Below are positions 25,082-33,124 of a DNA stretch of 33,124 nucleotides, piece after piece (position 1 is the first letter of the stretch; each line of letters opens with the position of its first letter). Location of the stretch: contig NC_068983.1 in NCBI RefSeq assembly GCF_001194135.2, positions 128,081,432 to 128,114,555 on the forward strand. The letters run 5' to 3'. The DNA is from Octopus bimaculoides. Its lineage: Eukaryota. A program made the position numbers and the translations under genes. The notes under the pieces are model-generated. The model worked only from the letters and a program-made list of their open reading frames with translations. It did no database searches and was not told where the DNA came from.

Positions 25082-25805
25082 GATGACACTGTCCTGTATA
25101 CACTGGCTAACTAGACGTAAACATGTTGTATAACATAGTCCTACATATATATTACATAAATTAGTTCAAAATATAGTCCATAATGAAGTCTTAATTATCT
25201 CGTATAACGCAGTTCTAGTTATGTTGCTTAACGTAGCTGTAGATACATCGCATAACATCGTCCTGGGTACATTGTGTAACATAGTTCTAGATATATTGCA
25301 TAGCCTAATCGATTTTAGAATGAATAGCGTAGAGCTTTCTACACTACATAACACAGACGTTATCTGCAGTGGACAGCTGTGTCCTCAATACCTTAGGTAA
25401 CGTAGTCATAGACTTTTCAGTTACATCTTGATGCATTCCATAAGGTAGTCCTAGTTACAGTGGATTACATTATCTTAGATATTCTGATTAATGTAGTTTT
25501 ACATGCATAGAATATTGTAATGCTTGAAACAATAGAAAGTCTTGTCTACCGTAAAGGAGTTTAAGTAATCTTAGAGATATTAACTTAGTCCTATATCCAT
25601 TGGATAATTTGTTTGTGTATGCACTCAGTAACGTAGCGTTAGATGCATTGTATAATGTAGTCTCAGATCTATTGTTCTAGATAGTGGATTACAGCCTCTG
25701 ATAACTGGATAACGCAGTCCTAGATACACTCGAAAGCGTAGAACTGGATGCAATGGATAATGTAGGCCCAGATGTATTGGAGAACACTGTTATAAATATA
25801 TTATT
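25082..25805. repeat. Highly diverged 24-bp tandem repeat, about 30 units, consensus ~GATAACGTAGTCCTAGATACATTG
   Basis: In-register units such as tataacgcagttctagttatgttg / cttaacgtagctgtagatacatcg / cataacatcgtcctgggtacattg / tgtaacatagttctagatatattg (25203-25298). A few units carry indels. Confidence 0.85.
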
Positions 25806-28240
25806 TTATGTAGTTCTAATTGCAATCGGTATGATTGCTGTAACGAATCTATGTTCCAGTGAGAGAACATAATAGATGGTCGACTGATAGCAGTATGATA
25901 CAGGTACAATTAATAGAGCGTTATGTCTCAGTGACAACATTATCGGGGTGGTGAGGTGAGACTGGTATGCATGGGCGTCTGCTAGTCTCGCACAAAACAA
26001 CCTTGCTTGGACTTGTTCCTAGGAGGGAATCTTTGAAGGTGCAATCTCGTATTCATTCGTGACCGAATGAATTTGCATTTACCTTAGACAAAATCCTTTA
26101 TAATATTTAGTTACGACCTTTTGCGTTTTATGTTCCAATCCCACTAATTTTAACTTTGCTTTTCATTATTCCAGCGTCGAGTAAATTACGCACCAATCAT
26201 ATATTGGATGTGGTATAATTGACTAAATACGTTCACAAACCTTCGTGAATTACCTATTCCAAAGAAACCTGTATTCCTGCTACTGTAGCACGTAGACATG
26301 CACCCATACATTCTGGATTTTAATCACGCCAAGGCCAACTAAGACTTTTCGACTCAGAGGTTTTTAGCACAAGTACCAGTTAAAAACTAGCAATCTATCT
26401 AATCCGCTATAACGCTTCCTAAAATCATTTCCGGTCTTCTCATTCCATTAAAACTATATTCTGTTCTGAGATGATCTACAATTCAATTAGAATTAACAAA
26501 TACTTCTTCCTCGTCTACACCACCATCGCGGTGTCCACAGTCCTATAGATAATAGAATATGAATGTAAATACCAGAACTCCTCCATTAATCATCTGAAAA
26601 CAGAATATGAATTCCAGGTAGAATTATATTCGTTCGATGGATTCCCTGAATTACTTCAGTGTGTAAATAAATATTTTTCGATTCGCTAATGAAAACAAAT
26701 TCCTATGTAATCAGTTTAGGAATCGGTGTAGGCATTACACTCTATACAAACAGAATAGAAAAATTATTGAAGTACTGAACGATGAGAGGTTTTTCAGATC
26801 AGTGGTGAGAGAAATTCTGTGTAATATATATATAATATATATATGTGTGTGTGTGTACATGTATGTGTTTGTATAAGTATTTGTGTATATGGTGGGTAGG
26901 TGCGTATCCATGCATATACAGAGGCATAAATATATAGATACATATGTACAGATACACAAGTGCAGTGTGTAGAACTGCAGAAACATGAATAATTGGTAGG
27001 AAAATGAGAACGTCAGATCTCTCTACATTCATAAAATGTATCTAATGCTTTTGCAGCGTTCGTGCTCGTATCAACACATGGATGCCACGTTGTACACTTT
27101 AGAATATCTCATTTTGTGACATGGAGACTAACAAACTACTAAAATTATCGTAGCTTCAACATCAAATGTAACATTATCACAATATAATGAGGCAAAGGGC
27201 TGGTAGCTGAAGCAAAATGTCAATGAAAACATACAAGAGCCGCTTCACAATGTTGAAGCAATTCCTATTGCATAGTAAATGAGGTATTGAATACATTACG
27301 TATGTGCTCAAAAGTGCAAACATTAAGTTGACAGATGTCCTACAGTTCTATGGGAACCACTTGTAACTGGGTTCACATTTCTTCTTCGAACATACACTTT
27401 CACTATTGAGAAAAATGAAATATTTGCCGTAATATCTCTTCATTAAGAAACGTGTTCGTAATTTCTACGACGTGATTGAAACTGTGGAGTATGACGTACA
27501 AACGTAGAAGTTATCCCTAGATCACCAGTAACTGTACTAAAGTGTCCACCAATATTGATTCTTTCGTGTGACAATATAATCGCTAAAATACTATCCCATA
27601 CTATCCACAGGAAGGACTTCGCAGGCGGCACACTGGAATCAGGAACTATCTACATCATTCAAAAGAAAGAATAATATTGGAACTTCAACATAAAATGTAC
27701 ATGTTGCATTCACAACAAACCTACTGCATTACGGGGAATTGGGAAAAGTCAAGCGCTACCGAAGAAATCAGCTCCTCAGTAGACGTAAATGACTCGTCTG
27801 AATTTAGAGGGAGAGTAAAAAGAAATATATGGTGATTAAATGTAAACTTGAGATTCTTAAATCTCGACTATGAAATGTTCCCTTTGTACATAAGTGTACA
27901 GAGCTTTTTAATAAGATTTGCCTCAAAACTTGGAAATGTAAGGATTTTTCAAGAATGAACAATGCATACTAAGCACATCCTCTAGATTTAATCGATGCGT
28001 GTTATAGCAAAAAATTGTAAAACCGTTTAAAGTGTCTTAATATCAGTCTTCTGTAATTGACATGTTCTCGCAAACACACATCGGCATATGGAATACATGC
28101 ATTCATTAAGAATTATCGAAGAAAAACTTCGTACCCATTACAAAAGTGTAAATATATCCACAGATACACTTATGTCATACTACTGCCTTGTCTCTGTCAT
28201 TACACTACAGTCATGATGGAGCACCGCATTGAAGAAAGTT

Positions 28241-28400
28241 AGTCAAACGAATCGACCCTAGCACTATACTATTAAATCTGGCACTTATGCTATGGGACAT
28301 TTATGTCGAACCGCTAACTTACGGCGACTTAAACAACACCAGTTCTGGTTACCAAATGCTGGTAGGGGACTTGCACGGAAACAATGACACATATACACAC
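28241..28400 (-). mobile_element. Partial SINE (long family, 3' half)
   Basis: agtcaaacgaatcgaccctag..gtcgaaccgctaacttacggcgac..aaacaacacca parallels 28509-28620. Confidence 0.7.
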
Positions 28401-28456
28401 ATAAATAGATGCAAGCATAAACACACACACACAAACACATATATGTATATATGTAG

Positions 28457-28812
28457 TCTTTAATTTGTTTCAGGAATTTGACTGCGGCCATGCTGGAACA
28501 CCGCCTTTAGTCGAACAAATCGAACCTAGGACTTATTCTTTGTAATACTAGTTCTTATTCTAACCGTCTTTTCTGCCAAACAGCTAAGTTACGGGGATAC
28601 AAACATACCAATATCGGTTGGCCAGCAATGGTGGGAGACAAACACAGACATACCAACACACATACACGCATACACATATGTATATGTATATACGACGGGT
28701 TTCTTTCAGTTTCCATCTGAAAGGATTTGGTCGGCACAGGGTAATAGTTGTGGGACAGAACACGGAACCGCATGGCTAGGAAGTAAATGTCTTACCATAG
28801 AGCCTCTCCGAT
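28457..28812 (-). mobile_element. tRNA-derived SINE (long family) with two short internal deletions
   Basis: ttgtttcagg..tttgactgcggccatgctggaacaccgcc..gctaagttacgggga..gacgggtttctttcagtttcc..gggacagaacacggaacc..gtcttacca is the reverse complement of the 15905-16287 layout. Confidence 0.88.
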
Positions 28813-29363
28813 ACCTATTCCTAGTTATATTGACACATAAACTTACTCGCATACTCAAAAATCCATGGAAATGTTTTGACTCAAACAAAAGATTCCATTT
28901 GCATTGTCAGTGACCGGCTTGTGTTCTACACAAAACTTAAATAAATCTCAAAGAAAATCATACAGACATACATAAATAGATGCGTAAACCTTTTTCCAAA
29001 ATCTGATGTCGGCATCAATAAAGTCGCATGGTGCATGCTGTGCCTTCCTAAAGAGTATGACAATAAAGTTAATCATTATAATCACGATGTGACAGAATTT
29101 CATTCGATGTTCTTGACAAAAGCAGAGTCAGAAAAATTCAATAAAATACATCTGAAAAACAGATATCTTGTAATATATAATAAAAATTGAAAAAAAAAAA
29201 AACGTGTAACATGTGACATTATACACGATTTACCGGGAATTTCAGAATGAGCATATTTTGATGCCATGAAAAGAATCGAAAAACACAAATGGTTAAAGCA
29301 ATAGAAAAACAAAACAAACGTCAATACAAGCAGAAAGTTTTTGAAGGAAAACATAAATACAAC

Positions 29364-29398
<35 letters not shown>

Positions 29399-31172
29399 NN
29401 NNNNNNNNNNNNNNNNNNNNNNNNNNNNNNNNNNNNNNNNNNNNNNNNNNNNNNNNNNNNNNNNNNNNNNNNNNNNNNNNNNNNNNNNNNNNNNNNNNNN
29501 NNNNNNNNNNNNNNNNNNNNNNNNNNNNNNNNNNNNNNNNNNNNNNNNNNNNNNNNNNNNNNNNNNNNNNNNNNNNNNNNNNNNNNNNNNNNNNNNNNNN
29601 NNNNNNNNNNNNNNNNNNNNNNNNNNNNNNNNNNNNNNNNNNNNNNNNNNNNNNNNNNNNNNNNNNNNNNNNNNNNNNNNNNNNNNNNNNNNNNNNNNNN
29701 NNNNNNNNNNNNNNNNNNNNNNNNNNNNNNNNNNNNNNNNNNNNNNNNNNNNNNNNNNNNNNNNNNNNNNNNNNNNNNNNNNNNNNNNNNNNNNNNNNNN
29801 NNNNNNNNNNNNNNNNNNNNNNNNNNNNNNNNNNNNNNNNNNNNNNNNNNNNNNNNNNNNNNNNNNNNNNNNNNNNNNNNNNNNNNNNNNNNNNNNNNNN
29901 NNNNNNNNNNNNNNNNNNNNNNNNNNNNNNNNNNNNNNNNNNNNNNNNNNNNNNNNNNNNNNNNNNNNNNNNNNNNNNNNNNNNNNNNNNNNNNNNNNNN
30001 NNNNNNNNNNNNNNNNNNNNNNNNNNNNNNNNNNNNNNNNNNNNNNNNNNNNNNNNNNNNNNNNNNNNNNNNNNNNNNNNNNNNNNNNNNNNNNNNNNNN
30101 NNNNNNNNNNNNNNNNNNNNNNNNNNNNNNNNNNNNNNNNNNNNNNNNNNNNNNNNNNNNNNNNNNNNNNNNNNNNNNNNNNNNNNNNNNNNNNNNNNNN
30201 NNNNNNNNNNNNNNNNNNNNNNNNNNNNNNNNNNNNNNNNNNNNNNNNNNNNNNNNNNNNNNNNNNNNNNNNNNNNNNNNNNNNNNNNNNNNNNNNNNNN
30301 NNNNNNNNNNNNNNNNNNNNNNNNNNNNNNNNNNNNNNNNNNNNNNNNNNNNNNNNNNNNNNNNNNNNNNNNNNTATATATATATATATATATACACAGA
30401 GGGATGAGAGGTGTGTATATGCATACGCATATATTAGTCTCTCACCAATTCACACGTACATACAAGAGAGAGAGAGAGAGAGAGAGATGGATAGACCTCT
30501 TACAAGACAGGAAATAAAAATAGAAACCGACAGACAGACAAACATACAGGCAGTTAGGTATTTTGGGGGTAGGTAGGTAATAAAATGGAGTGATGTATGA
30601 GAAACATTGATGCATGTGGCTGAGGGAAAAGTTCGAACTAAACATTTAGACAGAAAGATAAACAATGAGGAAAAGAAATCAACATTAGGAATAAGAGACA
30701 TATATTATGTGTTTCAATGAGGACATTAAAATAATAGGAGAAAAGAGAGAGATTGCAGAGACACGAAATAGAATATCATGTGAAGTACTACCGCGGAAGG
30801 TGGAAGCAACAAGTGATTACACAATAAAAACATATAGAATTACCGAGCTGCAGAAATTAAGCAATAGAAAGCAAGATACAAAACGACGGATATCAGTTGA
30901 AGATCTGCATCTATACAAATAAAATCATATACAAATAAATAAAAGCAAATATATATGCGTCAATATGTGTGTCTCTGTGTGTATGCCTATGTGCATGAAG
31001 GTATGTATGTATATGCAAATTGTGTATAAATACCTATATCAAATATATACTACACATACATATGTATGATTTATATATATTATATTTATATATGTATATA
31101 TTTATATATATATTATACATATACATGGTATTCATATATATATACATATTATATATATATAATATATGTATA

Positions 31173-31216
<44 letters not shown>

Positions 31217-31838
31217 TATATATATATANNNNNNNNNNNNNNNNNNNNNNNNNNNNNNNNNNNNNNNNNNNNNNNNNNNNNNNNNNNNNNNNNNNNNNNN
31301 NNNNNNNNNNNNNNNNNNNNNNNNNNNNNNNNNNNNNNNNNNNNNNNNNNNNNNNNNNNNNNNNNNNNNNNNNNNNNNNNNNNNNNNNNNNNNNNNNNNN
31401 NNNNNNNNNNNNNNNNNNNNNNNNNNNNNNNNNNNNNNNNNNNNNNNNNNNNNNNNNNNNNNNNNNNNNNNNNNNNNNNNNNNNNNNNNNNNNNNNNNNN
31501 NNNNNNNNNNNNNNNNNNNNNNNNNNNNNNNNNNNNNNNNNNNNNNNNNNNNNNNNNNNNNNNNNNNNNNNNNNNNNNNNNNNNNNNNNNNNNNNNNNNN
31601 NNNNNNNNNNNNNNNNNNNNNNNNNNNNACCAGTTACTGCAACAGTTTTGTTTACTCTTCTCTACTGTTTTTTGTTCTGTGTGTATCAAAAATATCGCTA
31701 TCAATCTGGAGTAATAATTTGTAGTTTTGAAATCAGTAGTTATTTGACTGCTATTTCTGAATTCTCAGTATGTTGGAGAAGCAGGTTACTGTCAATCCCT
31801 ATATATTTATGATTATATATATATATATATAATATACA

Positions 31839-32545
31839 CAGTCATCCTGTAAGTAAATAGATAGTATTAATTTTCAGAATCGCTTTTTGGTGTCTAACTT
31901 ATGAGTTTTGTGTCTGTCTCTTGTAGAATTTCTGGCCGCTTTTCATGCAACAATCGAAACAATTCATCTTTTGTTTTAGGTTTCTGTCGAGTTTCTCGTA
32001 TACCTCTATGTAGTATTCTCCAAAGATTTTCAATTCATTTCATGTCAGTATCTGGCTCGGCCAAGGAAATCTTTTTTGATCCCATTTTCAGTCAGGCTCT
32101 GTTGATTCTTTTTCGCTGTGTGGCATGGATTCCCATCTTCCATGAATAAAATCTCATTTTTCGTTATGTTATCATGTGAATACATCGGAAGTATTTCCTT
32201 GCGTAAGTATTCCGATGTATTTTTCCGAGTTTATGGTTCCAACACATTCCATCAGCTCGGTGACAGCTCCAGTACCATTACAGAGATACAGCCAAGTTTC
32301 CCAGTTGGTTCGAGTCGTTTCAAATCAAATTCTTGACTGGGAAACCTCCCGACCCTGAAAATAATGCAAATATGGAATCATCTGAGAAAATCACTCTATC
32401 ACAAAATGAACTGGGTTTTTCTGACATTTCCTTGGCCCATTTCTTTCTTTTCATGATATTAATTGCTTGAAGGAGAGGTTTTCTTCTAGCTGCTCGTCCA
32501 TAATACCCAAGTTTATGTAGATATGTAACACACGTTCTTGGAGTA
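31839..32545 (-). mobile_element. Second Tc1-type transposase pseudogene (DD34E-like), frameshifted
   Basis: Minus strand: YLHKLGYYGRAARRKPLL..KRKKWAKEM..RVIFSDDSIFALF; then PSQEFDLKRLEPT, GTINSEKYIGIL, LFMEDGNPCHTAK..ENGIK, PWPSQ..IENLWRIL..KPKTKDELF across several frameshifts and stops. Possible TIR remnant CAGTCATCC at 31839. The 5' part is replaced by microsatellite. Confidence 0.9.
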
Positions 32546-32715
32546 TCTTCTAGCTGTGTGTGTATGTATGTGTATACATGCATATATTCGTACGTGTCTA
32601 TGTGCATATATATGCGTGTGTGTATGCGTGTGTGTATATGCATACATATATGTATATATGTGTGTGTGTATATATATACAAATATATATATATATATATA
32701 TATGTNNNNNNNNNN

Positions 32716-32757
<42 letters not shown>

Positions 32758-33036
32758 GTATATATATTCATTTACGTGATTATATTAACACGTGTGTGTT
32801 TGTGTGTCAAACTCTGCACAGACGTGTGTATGTTGCTTTACGTACGAATATATGCACATATTTATCTATACTATGCAAGTATATTTATGTATATATACAC
32901 ATGTGTACCTGTATATATGAGTTCCTATACAAATATATGTGTATATTCGTCCATACGAGTGCGTATACGCGTGAATTTAGTTGTATATATATGCCCATAT
33001 ACTTAGATGTGCATGTGGAGCGCGTATGTATATGTG

Positions 33037-33124
<88 letters not shown>
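32546..33124. repeat. Mosaic TA/TG/TATG simple-repeat field
   Basis: Direct inspection; includes a 10-N gap at 32706-32715. Confidence 0.9.

Noticed and set aside
25082-25805. CRISPR-like interpretation of the periodic array
   Set aside because: Units are contiguous with no unique spacers, the context is eukaryotic, and there are no cas genes.
26051-26078. 9-bp hairpin next to an octamer motif ATTTGCAT
   Set aside because: Both are expected by chance in AT-rich sequence of this length.
30707-30922. 71-aa purine-rich ORF
   Set aside because: Composition-driven open frame with no motif or splice support.
32180-32222. 12-bp inverted repeat aatacatcggaa/ttccgatgtatt
   Set aside because: Short and inside the dead Tc1 ORF; no sign of independent function.

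Overview
AT-rich, microsatellite-dense eukaryotic genomic DNA with nine N-gaps (~3.8 kb, ~11%), nearly all flanked by (TA)n or (AAT)n. The tRNA-derived SINE families and repeat landscape match what I recall from Octopus genomes (inference, no search run). There is no long intact ORF, and most of the ORF track is gap or microsatellite artefact. Supported content: a 5'-truncated RTE-clade LINE 3' end with three tandem C2H2-like fingers (312-790); two dead Tc1-type transposases (+ 2598-3085 with DD36E-like spacing; - 31839-32545); about eight SINE copies from two families; two copies of an (AAT)-tailed interspersed repeat; a probable hAT-type MITE relic; a degenerate 24-bp x ~30 tandem array (25082-25805); and a 29-bp-stem hairpin (9652-9713). 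Several short minus-strand segments with paired splice signals (2205-2325, 3521-3545, 6136-6191, 16800-16850, 21119-21149, 22264-22287) join in phase into a Cys-rich polypeptide I do not recognise. The window may therefore be mostly introns of a small-exon minus-strand gene. That model rests on splice signals alone and needs RNA-seq.
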